Translations under genes and position numbers: made by a program
Shown here: piece by piece, positions 19,078 through 29,973 of the stretch
Numbering within the stretch: the first letter of the stretch is position 1
Layout: the number at the start of each line of letters is the position of its first letter
Assembly: GCA_037447435.1 (NCBI GenBank)
Contig: JBBIGR010000020.1
Location: 10,850-74,849 of the forward strand
Length of the DNA stretch: 64,000 nt
Direction of reading: 5' to 3'
Origin: Fibrobacteria bacterium
GTDB taxonomy: Bacteria; Fibrobacterota; Chitinivibrionia; Chitinivibrionales; FEN-1185
Notes under the pieces: generated by a model
The model's input: the letters and a program-made list of their open reading frames with translations, nothing else
Told to the model about the DNA's origin: nothing
Database searches by the model: none

Positions 19078-20466
19078 ATGACATTCGATAGAATCGATGC
19101 TGTTTTACGGGCGGGAAAGGAAGGCCAGGCCGTTTGCGTATCCGGATGGATACGGACCAGGCGCGATGCCAAAGGGTTTTGCTTTTTGGAAGTAAACGAC
19201 GGATCGTGCATGACCTCGATGCAGGTCGTTGCCGACGCGTCTCTTGGAAATTTCTCCGAAGAGATTATGGTTTTGACAACCGGCAGCGCGGTGCGATGCG
19301 AGGGCGTTCTGGTGAAATCCCCGGGCAAAGGCCAGGCATATGAATTGCGGGCAACTACCGTGACGGTTTACAGTATTGCGCCGTCGGAGTATCCGCTGCA
19401 GAAAAAACACCACACGTTCGAATTCTTGCGGGAAATCGGGCATTTGCGGCCGCGCACGAATTCTCTGGGCGCCGTGGCCCGTTTGAGAAGTTCGTTGTCG
19501 TATGCGGTGCACACGTTTTTTACCGGACAAGGGTTTCAGTACGTGCATACGCCTATCATTACGACAAGCGATTGCGAAGGCGCGGGAGAAATGTTCACCG
19601 TCAGTACCTTGCAAGCTGAGAATATCCCGAAAAAGGGGGATAATTCGGTGGACTGGAGCAAAGACTTTTTCGGGAAAAAGGCGCATCTGACGGTCAGCGG
19701 CCAGCTCGAAGCCGAGATTTACGCAATGGCAATGGGCCGCGTCTATACCTTTGGCCCCACTTTTAGGGCCGAAAACTCGAACACGCCGCGTCATTTGGCC
19801 GAGTTCTGGATGATAGAACCTGAAGCGGCTTTTTTCGAACTTGCCGACGACATGCGGCTGGCGGAGGAATTCGTTCGATACCTTGTAAAGCACGCGCTCG
19901 AACACAATCAGGAAGACCTGGCGTTTTTCAATCAGCGGATAGACCCTATGCTGCTTAAAACCCTTGAAACCATTGCCCAAAACGAATTCGGACGCATATC
20001 GTATACCGATGCGGTTAGCGAACTTGAAAAAAACAACGCGAATTTCGAATATAAGGTCGAATGGGGAAGCGATTTGCAATCCGAGCACGAGCGGTTTCTT
20101 TCCGAGAACGTCTTTAAAAAGCCGGTGATCGTGCATGATTATCCAAAACAGATCAAAGCGTTTTACATGAAGCAGAACGACGATAATAAAACGGTTCGCG
20201 CCATGGACGTCCTGGTGCCGCGCATCGGCGAACTCATCGGCGGCAGCCAGCGCGAAGACCGGTTGGACGTGCTTCGCAGCCGTATTTCGGAACTCGGATT
20301 AGACGAGAAAAATTATTGGTGGTATCTTGATTTGCGGAAATTCGGGGGCGCGCCGCATGCGGGGTTCGGTCTTGGGTTCGAGCGATTATTACTTCTGATG
20401 ACCGGGCTTGCAAACATCAGGGACGTGATTCCGTTTCCCCGGTATCCGGGGAACGCCGAGTTTTAA
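19078..20466 (+). CDS. asnS: Asparagine--tRNA ligase
   Basis: OB-fold N-terminus, [36 protein letters not shown]. Confidence 0.98.
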   Translation: MTFDRIDAVLRAGKEGQAVCVSGWIRTRRDAKGFCFLEVNDGSCMTSMQVVADASLGNFSEEIMVLTTGSAVRCEGVLVKSPGKGQAYELRATTVTVYSIAPSEYPLQKKHHTFEFLREIGHLRPRTNSLGAVARLRSSLSYAVHTFFTGQGFQYVHTPIITTSDCEGAGEMFTVSTLQAENIPKKGDNSVDWSKDFFGKKAHLTVSGQLEAEIYAMAMGRVYTFGPTFRAENSNTPRHLAEFWMIEPEAAFFELADDMRLAEEFVRYLVKHALEHNQEDLAFFNQRIDPMLLKTLETIAQNEFGRISYTDAVSELEKNNANFEYKVEWGSDLQSEHERFLSENVFKKPVIVHDYPKQIKAFYMKQNDDNKTVRAMDVLVPRIGELIGGSQREDRLDVLRSRISELGLDEKNYWWYLDLRKFGGAPHAGFGLGFERLLLLMTGLANIRDVIPFPRYPGNAEF

Positions 20467-20481
20467 GATGGAACGGTTACC

Positions 20482-21039
20482 GTGTTGAACAAGCATACGA
20501 ACAATATCGTTCTCATCGGGTTTTCGGGCAGCGGCAAATCGTCGGTAGGAAAGTTGCTGGCGCCCCGTTTGGGTTTTGCATTTGTCGATCTCGACACGCA
20601 GATAGAACGTGCGCATAAGGACCACAGCGGCAACGTTCTTACCTGCCGGCAGATTTATTCCGAGTTCGGCCAGGCGTATTTCGACGAATTGGCGCTTGAG
20701 GCGTTCGGTTTTTTAAAGGGGCAAACGGGCATCGTGCTTTCCACCGGCGGCGGCGCCATCACGGTGATTGATATACGCAATACGATTAAAGATTTCGGTA
20801 CCGTGTTTTATCTTGACACAAAGCCCCAAATTATCTTTAATCGGTTGAAGAAAAGAGGGTTCCCGCAGTTCTTGAAGTCCGATCCGACGCTTGAAAATGT
20901 CGAAAAGCATTGGGAGGCGCGGAACTCGTTATACGGGGAATCGTCCCATTTCTGCATCGACAACAGTGCGCAAAAACCGGATGAGACGGTTGACGAAATC
21001 ATAAAAATACTGCAGCACAATGAAAAAGGAGACCGCTGA
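20482..21039 (+). CDS. aroK: Shikimate kinase
   Basis: GFSGSGKS P-loop, DLD, STGGG; directly upstream of aroC. Confidence 0.9.
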   Translation: MLNKHTNNIVLIGFSGSGKSSVGKLLAPRLGFAFVDLDTQIERAHKDHSGNVLTCRQIYSEFGQAYFDELALEAFGFLKGQTGIVLSTGGGAITVIDIRNTIKDFGTVFYLDTKPQIIFNRLKKRGFPQFLKSDPTLENVEKHWEARNSLYGESSHFCIDNSAQKPDETVDEIIKILQHNEKGDR

Positions 21040-22142
21040 TGTCCAATACCTTCGGTTCGATTTTTCGGGTCACGACATTCGGAGAATCCCATTGCAAAGG
21101 GGTCGGTGCCGTTGTTGACGGTTGCATTCCGCGACTGGAACTTTCCGAGGCCGATATTCAGCCGCAGCTCGACCGCAGGCGGCCGGGTCAAAGCAATATG
21201 ACTACCGCGCGCGCCGAATCCGACACCGTGACCATCGTGTCGGGCGTTGAAAACGGATTTACATTAGGTACTCCTATCGCATTGCTGGTTCCCAATACCG
21301 ACCAGCGTCCGGGCGATTACGCGGAAATGTCGAACATTCCGCGGCCGTCGCATGCGGATTTTACGTATTTGCAAAAATACGGCATAAAGGCCTCAAGCGG
21401 CGGCGGCAGGTCGAGCGCCCGCGAAACAATCGGCAGGGTCGCCGCGGGTGCGATTGCGGAAAAAATATTGAAGCAGCGTCACGGTATCGAAATCGTGGCA
21501 TGGGTAAGTTCGGTGGGCGATATTCGTACCGACGATGTGCCGATGCTGACGGTACAGCGCCGCGATGTCGATTCGTCTATTGTCAAATGTCCCGATACGG
21601 CTGTTTCGCAAAAAATGATCTCTCTGGTGGCTTCGGTCAAGGACGACAACGATTCGATCGGAGGCGTCATCACCTGCGTGTGCCGCAACGTGCCGGCAGG
21701 ATGGGGCGACCCGGTGTTCGACAAACTGGAAGCAAAATTCGCCCAGGCAATGCTTTCGCTTCCGGCGACAAAGGGTTTTGAAATCGGTTCCGGTTTTGCC
21801 GGAACGAGTATGCGGGGGTCGCAGCACAATGATCCGTTTATAAAAAAGAACAAAAAAATCGGCACCAGCACGAATCACAGCGGCGGCATTCAGGGCGGTA
21901 TTTCGAACGGCGAAGCCGTTTATTTCAAAGTCGCGTTCAAACCCCCCGCAACAATCGGTAAAGAACAAAAAACCATCGATTACGACGGCAACGACACGTT
22001 GCTTTCCGCAAAAGGCAGGCACGATCCCTGCGTGGTTCCGCGCGCGATTCCCATTGTGGAATCCATGGCCGCGTTGGTCCTTGTCGATTGCGCGGTGAGT
22101 CAGGCGTGTTTGGGGGTGGTTGCAGGAAAACAAACCATTTGA
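21039..22142 (+). CDS. aroC: Chorismate synthase
   Basis: [33 protein letters not shown]. Confidence 0.98.
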   Translation: MSNTFGSIFRVTTFGESHCKGVGAVVDGCIPRLELSEADIQPQLDRRRPGQSNMTTARAESDTVTIVSGVENGFTLGTPIALLVPNTDQRPGDYAEMSNIPRPSHADFTYLQKYGIKASSGGGRSSARETIGRVAAGAIAEKILKQRHGIEIVAWVSSVGDIRTDDVPMLTVQRRDVDSSIVKCPDTAVSQKMISLVASVKDDNDSIGGVITCVCRNVPAGWGDPVFDKLEAKFAQAMLSLPATKGFEIGSGFAGTSMRGSQHNDPFIKKNKKIGTSTNHSGGIQGGISNGEAVYFKVAFKPPATIGKEQKTIDYDGNDTLLSAKGRHDPCVVPRAIPIVESMAALVLVDCAVSQACLGVVAGKQTI

Positions 22143-22167
22143 CGTTAAACGTTAAACAGGGTATATT
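22138..22167 (+). promoter_or_regulatory. sigma70-type promoter of higBA with overlapping inverted-repeat operator
   Basis: TTGACG (22139-22144), 17 bp, TATATT (22162-22167); tttgacgtt-a-aacgttaaa palindrome over the -35. Confidence 0.75.
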
Positions 22168-22173
22168 TATACC

Positions 22174-22461
22174 ATGATTCGGACATTTAAAGATCGCGAA
22201 GCCGAAAAGATATTCAATAGGGAATATTCCCGAAAGTTACCGACCGATATTCAGGAAATAGCTTTACGGAAACTGAGAATGCTAAACCGATCAATGTCCA
22301 TAAATGATTTGAGGATACCGCCCTCGAATCATTTGGAAAAAATGAAGGGTGATCGTGATGGCCAATATTCGATTCGGATAAACGGACAGTGGAGAGTATG
22401 TTTCGAATGGCACGGAAATGATGCTTTTAAGGTGGAAATTGTCGATTATCATAAAGGGTAG
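22174..22461 (+). CDS. higB: HigB (RelE/ParE-family) toxin
   Basis: MIRTF...DLRIPPSNHLEKMKGDRDGQYSIRINGQWRVCF...DYH. Confidence 0.95.
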   Translation: MIRTFKDREAEKIFNREYSRKLPTDIQEIALRKLRMLNRSMSINDLRIPPSNHLEKMKGDRDGQYSIRINGQWRVCFEWHGNDAFKVEIVDYHKG

Positions 22462-22465
22462 AAAT

Positions 22466-22768
22466 ATGAAAACAAAAAAACTCGCACCAGTTCATCCCGG
22501 GGAAGTTTTACAACATGAATTTATCATTCCCATGGGATTGACACAAAATAAGCTTGCAATAGCGCTTCATGTGCCTGCACGAAGGATTAATGAAATTGTG
22601 CTTGGAAAAAGGAGCATTACAGCCGATACCGCGATTCGTTTATCCAAGTATTTCAAAAATTCTGCTCAATTCTGGCTGGGGCTTCAGATGGATTTTGATT
22701 TGGATATTGCCGCAGACAAGCTAGAAAGTAAAACGAATCGGGAAATATACCCGAGGATGGCAGTTTAG
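22466..22768 (+). CDS. higA: HigA antitoxin
   Basis: PVHPGEVL, HTH, KRSITADTAIRL, FWLGLQ. Confidence 0.95.
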   Translation: MKTKKLAPVHPGEVLQHEFIIPMGLTQNKLAIALHVPARRINEIVLGKRSITADTAIRLSKYFKNSAQFWLGLQMDFDLDIAADKLESKTNREIYPRMAV

Positions 22769-22858
22769 ATTCCTAATGTGCGTCAGATTTCATTGGATGA
22801 CGATTGGTCGGCATTACGATTCAGGAATAAAAAGTTTGTAAAGTAAAAAGGATTTGAA

Positions 22859-23350
22859 ATGGGAAAAACGGTTTTGAAATACGGTATTGTTTTATTGCTG
22901 CTGCTTATTGGCTGCAGTGCGGATTTTATTTCCAAAAAATGGGCAAAAGACAATTTGCAGGACAAACCGACAATAACGGTACTAAAAGGGGTTTTAGACC
23001 TGGGATATTCCGAAAATCGGGGAATGATTTTCGGTATACAAAACGGGAAAATGCCGAAAACCGCACGGACCGTTGTCGTTGTTTTGCGGGTTATTATTTT
23101 CATCGGCCTCCTTGTTTTTATTTGGATAAACCGGAAAAAATCGTTTATGTACCTGTTTCCGTTTCTCCTTTTTGCCGACGGCGCAATCGGTAATCTGATA
23201 GACCCGTTCGTATACGGCTATGTGGTCGATTTTATCCATATGCAAGCGGGCAGCCTTTTTAACTGGCCCTTTTATTTCAACCTTGCCGACGCCTACATAA
23301 CAATAGGATTTGTGATATTATTTGTTTTTCAGGGATTCAAGATACGTTGA
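22859..23350 (+). CDS. lspA: Signal peptidase II
   Basis: DFISK, NRGMIFG, GAIGNLID, VVDFI, FNLAD. Confidence 0.9.
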   Translation: MGKTVLKYGIVLLLLLIGCSADFISKKWAKDNLQDKPTITVLKGVLDLGYSENRGMIFGIQNGKMPKTARTVVVVLRVIIFIGLLVFIWINRKKSFMYLFPFLLFADGAIGNLIDPFVYGYVVDFIHMQAGSLFNWPFYFNLADAYITIGFVILFVFQGFKIR

Positions 23351-23361
23351 CAAAAATATCG

Positions 23362-23377
23362 TGGCATTCGATTTGCT
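23362..23377 (+). promoter_or_regulatory. sigma54 (-24/-12) promoter
   Basis: TGGCATTCGATTTGCT = GG-N10-GC, intergenic, just upstream of the gene. Confidence 0.7.
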
Positions 23378-23409
23378 GTTATTAATTACCAAACCGGGGT
23401 TTGGAACAA

Positions 23410-24171
23410 ATGAAAACAAGCATAATGCCGAAGATGTTGAAAAGATGTATCCTTTTTAAAGCTGCAGTCTTTATTTTCGCCTTATCCGCTGCGTGGGCCG
23501 GTCCGCCGTTTCGCACCGATGATCCTGAGCCTGTCGAATTTCATCATTGGGAATTTTACCTGGCGTCTCAACTTTCGCATGACGATAACGGTACGACCGG
23601 CACGTTACCGCATGTCGAGGTAAATTACGGCATCGCTTTCGAAACCCAATTGCATCTGATTGTTCCCCTTTCGTTTAACAGATTGAATACCGGAGATTTT
23701 TCGTATGGACCCGGGGATATTGAGCTGGGAATTAAATACCGGTTTATCGGGGAATCCGCTTTTCATCCTCAGGTTGGCGTTTTTCCGTTATTGGAAATAC
23801 CGACCGGTAACGAATCGAAAGGATTGGGAAACGGACACGCGCAGTTTTTTTTGCCCTTGTGGGCCCAAAAGAGTATAGGCGATTGGACGCTTTACGGCGG
23901 CGGAGGATATTTATTTAATTTTGCCTCCGATCGGGCCAATACGATATTCTTAGGGCAAGAAGGGCAATACGATATTTCCAAAAGTATCACCCTTGCCGCC
24001 GAATTGTTCGGCGTAATTAATCCCGCCAACAGCATCGACAATGAGCTGGCATTCTCGGTCGGCGCAATTGTCAATTTCAGCGAATCGGACCATTTCCTTT
24101 TTTCCGCCGGAAGAGACATTCGGGGAAACAGCGATATTGTCCTGTATGCCGCATATCAGCGTACGTGGTGA
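23410..24171 (+). CDS. Putative outer-membrane beta-barrel protein
   Basis: Signal peptide, GPPFRTDDP motif, GDIELGIKYRF, alternating beta-strands, terminal Trp; start uncertain. Confidence 0.75.
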   Translation: MKTSIMPKMLKRCILFKAAVFIFALSAAWAGPPFRTDDPEPVEFHHWEFYLASQLSHDDNGTTGTLPHVEVNYGIAFETQLHLIVPLSFNRLNTGDFSYGPGDIELGIKYRFIGESAFHPQVGVFPLLEIPTGNESKGLGNGHAQFFLPLWAQKSIGDWTLYGGGGYLFNFASDRANTIFLGQEGQYDISKSITLAAELFGVINPANSIDNELAFSVGAIVNFSESDHFLFSAGRDIRGNSDIVLYAAYQRTW

Positions 24172-24322
24172 CCGCCCTTATTCCCGGATAGCGGCTTGCT
24201 TTTCGAAGCGAACGCGATAAGGGAAGCAACGGGAAGTGGAATCACAAGACAAATAATTGCAGGAAATGTATACTGTATACTGTGATGGTTCGATCGGTAT
24301 AAACCTTTTTACAGAGCGTAGT

Positions 24323-25630
24323 ATGACCCTTACCCACGATAGTAAAATCAAAACCGCATGGAACATCGTTCTTGCGATGGTCGTGTTCGCCGTGACGCCG
24401 CATTTGTCGTACAGGTTGACTTTTAATATCAACAAGCCGGACGGATGGTACTGGTTCTTAATCGGGATTTATTGGCTTGATTGCGTTCAGGGGTTTCTGG
24501 TTTCGGTACGGTCGAAACTGAAGTTCTACAAAACAAATAAGGAAATCGCGCGGCATTACATACGGCGCTGGTTTGTTTTGGATGTTTTGGCGGCAACGCC
24601 GTTCGAATGGCTCCTCGCATTAAACGCTCATTTGCCTCATTCGCGCGTTCTTGCGTTGGCGATTACGGTGATACGGCTCTTATTCCTTGTAAAGGTCATA
24701 AAAATCCCGTACCTTTTGTTCCAAATTCAGGAAAACTTAAACCTGAATCCCCTGGCGATCAGGTTGCTCAATTTCTCTTTCTTTTTTTCCAATGCGGTAC
24801 ATTACATGGCGCTGGGATGGATACTGATCGGCGCGTCGGAAACCGCACGCCCGTTTCTCGACCAATATATCAGGTCGCTTTACTGGTGCATAACCACGGT
24901 CGCCACGATCGGCTACGGCGATTACTATCCCAATCACGACAGCAACATTCAAATCGTGTATACCATGATCGTGATGATTTTCGGCGTCGGCATGTACGGC
25001 TACATCATCGGTAATATGTCGGCGATCATCGCAAACCTCGACGGAGCGAAAAGCGCGTACATAAAAAAAATGGAGGAAATCAACGGGTTTCTCCGGGTGA
25101 AAAACGTTCCCAAAGATCTTCAGGTCCGGGTCAGGGATTATTATTCGTATATGTGGGAAACCAGGAAAAACGTTTCCACCGCCTCGATCATCAGCGAATT
25201 GCCCCGATCGAGCGCCATAGACATTTTATTGTTTCTCAATAAGGACATTGTCGGCAAGGTGAGTTTTTTCAAAAATGCGAACGACATATTCATCAGGGAA
25301 ATTATCGAGCTGTTGGTTTCGGAAGTGTATTTGCCCGGCGATCATATAATACGACAAGGCGAATACGGCGATTGCATGTTTTTCCTCAGCTCGGGCAGCG
25401 TCGAAGTGCTTGTCAACGGAAGCGTGGTGGCGACATTGCATGAAGGGTCGCCTTTCGGCGAAGCCGCACTTTTATTCAATGAAAAACGCAATGCAAGCGT
25501 CAGGACATTGACCTATTGCGATGTGTATAAATTGTCGAAAAGCGATTTCGATATTTTACGGGGAAAATACCCTGAATTCGATATGGAAATGAAAAAAGTG
25601 ACCGATGCCAGAGTGCAGAATAAGAAATAG
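24323..25630 (+). CDS. Cyclic nucleotide-gated K+ channel (SthK-like)
   Basis: 6-TM layout, TVATIGYGD filter, C-linker, CNBD with FGEAAL and RNASVR. Confidence 0.93.
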   Translation: MTLTHDSKIKTAWNIVLAMVVFAVTPHLSYRLTFNINKPDGWYWFLIGIYWLDCVQGFLVSVRSKLKFYKTNKEIARHYIRRWFVLDVLAATPFEWLLALNAHLPHSRVLALAITVIRLLFLVKVIKIPYLLFQIQENLNLNPLAIRLLNFSFFFSNAVHYMALGWILIGASETARPFLDQYIRSLYWCITTVATIGYGDYYPNHDSNIQIVYTMIVMIFGVGMYGYIIGNMSAIIANLDGAKSAYIKKMEEINGFLRVKNVPKDLQVRVRDYYSYMWETRKNVSTASIISELPRSSAIDILLFLNKDIVGKVSFFKNANDIFIREIIELLVSEVYLPGDHIIRQGEYGDCMFFLSSGSVEVLVNGSVVATLHEGSPFGEAALLFNEKRNASVRTLTYCDVYKLSKSDFDILRGKYPEFDMEMKKVTDARVQNKK

Positions 25631-25739
25631 CCTGGGGGCTTATCGCCGGCGTTTGCGATGCGTTTATGTTTTACTATCGCAAAAAAAAAAAAGAAAGGAT
25701 ATAATAGGGAGAACGTCTAAAAAGGAATGTTAAACGGGC

Positions 25740-28721
25740 ATGAACCTAAAAAACGCTACAGCTAAAAGTAATCCTTTATTGGATGACTCTCCTGCGGGTT
25801 TGAGACGAACGGTCTTGCTCCTTTATTCAATGGTTGGTCCGGTTTTTGCCGCCCTCATTTTTGTTCAGAACCCGCATTTGACAATTCGATCGGCATTCAT
25901 CGTTTTCATTATTTTGGCCGGAGCGCTGTGGACTTTTCTGCGGAAAAGTCCCAAAACCGCGGATTGGATTTTTCCGGTTTCCATCGGGCCGACGCTTTGT
26001 TGCGGACTCGGTTTTAGCGCCATTTTCGACGCAGGCCTTGTTTTTGTCGCCATTTTAATCACGCCGCTTGTCTGGGCATCGGTTTTATTCCCGCTCCTTA
26101 TCGTTATTTTGACTTGGATCACCGCGGTTGCAACTTGCTTTTATGCAATTTACGTCCATACCGGAAATGCGACAAGCGCATTACGAAACGCGGTCGTATT
26201 TGCCCTGGTCGGCGGCACGGTCGCCTGGGTAGTGTATGTCAAGGCCCAGTATCTTCGCGAGACCACGAAGCGGTTGCATACGAGGGATTCTCATTGGCAA
26301 TCGCTATTCTCGTCCATTTCGGACGGAGTCGTCATTTTAAACCTCGGCGGGAGAATTATCGAATGCAATACTGCCGCAACTAAAATCCTGGGTTTCGAAA
26401 GCGGCGATTTATTGGGCAAGACTTTTAAGGAACTCGGACTCCATACTGTTCGTGAAGACGGTTCGACCATTCCGGAAAACCAATTTCCGGGAATGCTGGT
26501 TTTATCGACCGCCAAACCCGTTGCGGACGTCGTAATCGGATTGGAAAAACCCCAGGCAAAGACATTGTGGATTCGAATGAACGCCCAACCCATTTCCATT
26601 CCCGATTCCTCCAACCTTGCCGCAGTAGTTTTATCGTTCCACGACTTTTCTCTGAGGAAAAATACCGAAAAAACGTTACAGGCAAATGAGAAGCGGCTTC
26701 GGACCTATATAAGTTCATCGCCTATTGGAATTTTCGTCACCAATGAAATGGGCCGTTATCTCGAATGTAACCCGGCGGCGTGCAGGTTACTGGGCTATAC
26801 CCGGGACGAAATCCTTCAAAAAAGCATTCCCGACATTCTGCACAAACAGGAAATTGCCGCCGGCATGGGGCTTTTCTCTTTATTAAAGGAACAAGGCAGC
26901 GCCACCGCGGAAATAAAACTGGTTGGTTCGAACGGCAGAAGCATTCCCGTTATTCTCGATGCGGTCAAGCTGCCCGACGGGACCTTTATGGCGTTTTGCC
27001 GGGACATAACCGAACGGAAGCGCGTTGAAGACGAATTGCTTAATGCAAATATTCATCTGGAAGAGGAAACGGCCCGCGCCAATGCGATGGCCGCCTGTGC
27101 GGAAGATGCAAATGCCGCCAAGACCAATTTTTTGGCAACTATGAGCCATGAAATCCGTACGCCCATGAACGGAATAGTGGGAATGACCGATCTGCTGCTC
27201 GACACGGAACTTTCCGATGTGCAGCGGCATTATGCCCAAGTTACCAAAAGCAGCGGCGAATCGCTTCTTGCTCTTGTCAACGACATTCTGGACTTTTCGA
27301 AAATCGAAGCGGGCAAATTGGAAATCGAAGACGTCGAATTCAATATAAAGGATTTCCTGGAAAGCGGTTTTTCGGCTTTTGAATTTTTAGCCGGGAAAAA
27401 AGGCCTGTCTTTCGATTGCCAAATCGGCCCCCAGGTGCCTCTGTCGCTTATCGGCGATCCGGTACGTTTGCGGCAAATCGTCACCAATTTGATCGGCAAT
27501 GCGTTGAAATTCACCGAACGGGGCGGCATTTCGATCCGTTGTCTTTTGCAAGAGGATATGGCCGATTGCTGCCAATTGCGGTTTGAGATAATCGACACGG
27601 GTATAGGGATCGCATCGGAAAAACAGCATTTGCTTTTTAATGAATTTTCCCAGACCGATAGTAGTATTTCACGGAAGTTCGGAGGAACGGGGCTCGGACT
27701 CGCCATTTCGAAAAAATTAACCGGATTGATGGGCGGAGAAATCGGCGTATTAAGCGAGCTGGGCCGCGGCGCGACGTTCTGGTTTACCGTACGATGTAAA
27801 AAACAACCTGTCGCCCAATTCGCTTCTTCGAACCCCATACGCATATCCGCACGGCCCGACACGGCTAATCGCGATGATTATAATGTGGGCAGGCCCGAGG
27901 CGAAAATCCTATTGGCGGAAGATAATCTCGCGAACCAGGAAGTGGCCGTGGGCATGCTGAAGAAATTGGGTTTCAGGTCCATAACGGTTTGTGAAAACGG
28001 CCGACAGGCTGTTTCGGCACTTGAACGTGATGATTTCGATATTGTTTTTATGGATATGCAAATGCCGGAAATGGACGGCTTAACGGCTACCGCGGTTATC
28101 CGCGACATGAATTCAACCGTTCGCAACCATGATGTGCCGATTATTGCGATGACCGCAAACGCCATGAAAGAAGATAGCGTCCGTTGCATCCAAAACGGCA
28201 TGAACGATCATATTTCCAAACCCGTCGTTTTAAAAAAATTGAAAGACATTGTCGAAACATGGTTATGCACACCGATCGTTATTATTGCGCCGAAGGAAAA
28301 TGATATAATCGGCGCCGGGAAAACAGGCACCGATGACGGACGCACAACAACGACACCCGGTGAAAACGATCCGTTGATTTTTAATTATCGGGGATTACTT
28401 GAGCGGGTCATGGACGATTCGGCTTTGGCGCTCAAGGTATTGCAGGTTTTTTTACGGGAAACGCCGAAGCAGATCATCGAAATGAAAAAAAAACTGTCCG
28501 AGGGTAATGCATTGCGCACAGGGGAGCTTGCCCACAGCATTAAAGGCGCGGCCGCAAATATTTGCCTTGAGCGATTCCGGCGCGTGGCCCTGCAGATGGA
28601 AACCGCGGGAAAGTCCGGTGATTTGGCCGCTGCCCGGGCCCTGATTCCGGATTTTGACGGGAATTTCCATAGTGCGGTCAAAGAAATACAAAGCAAAATA
28701 AACACGGGTTTTTCACAATGA
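25740..28721 (+). CDS. Membrane hybrid histidine kinase (TM-PAS-PAS-HisKA-HATPase-REC-Hpt)
   Basis: MSHEIRTP, GNALKF, GGTGLGL, MDMQMP, AHSIKG. Confidence 0.95.
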   Translation: MNLKNATAKSNPLLDDSPAGLRRTVLLLYSMVGPVFAALIFVQNPHLTIRSAFIVFIILAGALWTFLRKSPKTADWIFPVSIGPTLCCGLGFSAIFDAGLVFVAILITPLVWASVLFPLLIVILTWITAVATCFYAIYVHTGNATSALRNAVVFALVGGTVAWVVYVKAQYLRETTKRLHTRDSHWQSLFSSISDGVVILNLGGRIIECNTAATKILGFESGDLLGKTFKELGLHTVREDGSTIPENQFPGMLVLSTAKPVADVVIGLEKPQAKTLWIRMNAQPISIPDSSNLAAVVLSFHDFSLRKNTEKTLQANEKRLRTYISSSPIGIFVTNEMGRYLECNPAACRLLGYTRDEILQKSIPDILHKQEIAAGMGLFSLLKEQGSATAEIKLVGSNGRSIPVILDAVKLPDGTFMAFCRDITERKRVEDELLNANIHLEEETARANAMAACAEDANAAKTNFLATMSHEIRTPMNGIVGMTDLLLDTELSDVQRHYAQVTKSSGESLLALVNDILDFSKIEAGKLEIEDVEFNIKDFLESGFSAFEFLAGKKGLSFDCQIGPQVPLSLIGDPVRLRQIVTNLIGNALKFTERGGISIRCLLQEDMADCCQLRFEIIDTGIGIASEKQHLLFNEFSQTDSSISRKFGGTGLGLAISKKLTGLMGGEIGVLSELGRGATFWFTVRCKKQPVAQFASSNPIRISARPDTANRDDYNVGRPEAKILLAEDNLANQEVAVGMLKKLGFRSITVCENGRQAVSALERDDFDIVFMDMQMPEMDGLTATAVIRDMNSTVRNHDVPIIAMTANAMKEDSVRCIQNGMNDHISKPVVLKKLKDIVETWLCTPIVIIAPKENDIIGAGKTGTDDGRTTTTPGENDPLIFNYRGLLERVMDDSALALKVLQVFLRETPKQIIEMKKKLSEGNALRTGELAHSIKGAAANICLERFRRVALQMETAGKSGDLAAARALIPDFDGNFHSAVKEIQSKINTGFSQ

Positions 28722-28758
28722 CCGATTCTGGGATTCCATCGACAGGTAGTATTCTACA

Positions 28759-29973
28759 ATGTTAAAAACAATTTATATCGCCGACGACAATGCCGTGGAC
28801 AGGATGATATTGCAAGCCACGTTGCAAAAAATGGGTTTTGAGGTGACCGCTTTTTCATCGGGCATTGCAATATATGAGGCGCTGAGAAAAGCCGATCAAC
28901 CGCTTATTGCGCTTTTGGATTGGCTCATGCCCGACAGGAACGGTGTCGATATTTGCAACGATTTGTCCCTGGATCCTCCGCAATCTCCGTTGCATACCAT
29001 TATTGTGACGAGCCGTACCGATAAAAGCGACGTTGCCTTCGCGCTTGAAAACGGCGCCGACGACTTTGTCGCCAAGCCCCTGGACCTTGCCGAATTGCGC
29101 GCCAGGATCAATGTCGGAATACGATTGCTGACGTTTCGGCAGCAATTGCTTGACAGTAACGAACGCCTGCTCGACCACACGAAGATCGTCGAAGAGTTGG
29201 CAGCAGCCCGCGCAGAACAGCTCATTCGCGCCGACCGGTTAAGCACCATCGGAATACTCAGCGCGGGAATTGCCCATGAGATCAACAATCCGACGTCGTT
29301 TGTTTCGGTCAATATACAAACCCTGGAAGAAAACCTGCCGGTGCTGAATTCCGCAATGAACGATTATCCGTCGGAGGAACAAAAGCAGATGGCGCGGTTT
29401 TTCCTCGCGACATTCCCGGAAATCGTTGGAGAAATGAAAAACGGTATCGCGCGGATACGGAATATCGTGAACGGATTGAAAACCTATGCATATGCGGGGC
29501 CGGAAAAACACGACTGGTTCATTATCGACGATTGCATCGAATCGGCATTGCAGCTGTGCGCCAACAGGCTGAAATACCACGTGACGGTACGGAAACAATT
29601 TGCCGCGCCCCTTCGGGTGCACGGGGACAAATATCAAATCGAACAAGTGTTTGTCAACTTGTTCACGAATGCCGCCGACGCCATTGAGGAAACCGGCACG
29701 GACGGTACGCTCGAACTTTCCACCGAGTATTCGAATGAAAAAGTGATCGTTTCAATTCACGACACCGGCCCCGGAATCCCGGCTGGCGCATTGGAAAAGA
29801 TATTCATGCCCTTTTACACGACGAAAGCGATTGGTAAAGGGACGGGGCTCGGCCTTTCGATAAGCAAAAACATCATTACGGACCACAAGGGTGAATTGAT
29901 TGTCGAGAACCACCCCGGTGGCGGCGCGTTGTTTTTGATCACATTGCCCACGAAAAAAGAAGGAACAGTATGA
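28759..29973 (+). CDS. REC-histidine kinase hybrid
   Basis: N-terminal REC (LDWLMP), AHEINNP, NAADA, GKGTGLGL. Confidence 0.93.
   Translation: MLKTIYIADDNAVDRMILQATLQKMGFEVTAFSSGIAIYEALRKADQPLIALLDWLMPDRNGVDICNDLSLDPPQSPLHTIIVTSRTDKSDVAFALENGADDFVAKPLDLAELRARINVGIRLLTFRQQLLDSNERLLDHTKIVEELAAARAEQLIRADRLSTIGILSAGIAHEINNPTSFVSVNIQTLEENLPVLNSAMNDYPSEEQKQMARFFLATFPEIVGEMKNGIARIRNIVNGLKTYAYAGPEKHDWFIIDDCIESALQLCANRLKYHVTVRKQFAAPLRVHGDKYQIEQVFVNLFTNAADAIEETGTDGTLELSTEYSNEKVIVSIHDTGPGIPAGALEKIFMPFYTTKAIGKGTGLGLSISKNIITDHKGELIVENHPGGGALFLITLPTKKEGTV

Noticed and set aside
19105..20136. 343-aa minus-strand ORF
   Set aside because: Antisense shadow of asnS
24175..24223. Small stem-loop before the K+ channel as a riboswitch
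   Set aside because: Weak pairing and no recognisable aptamer consensus
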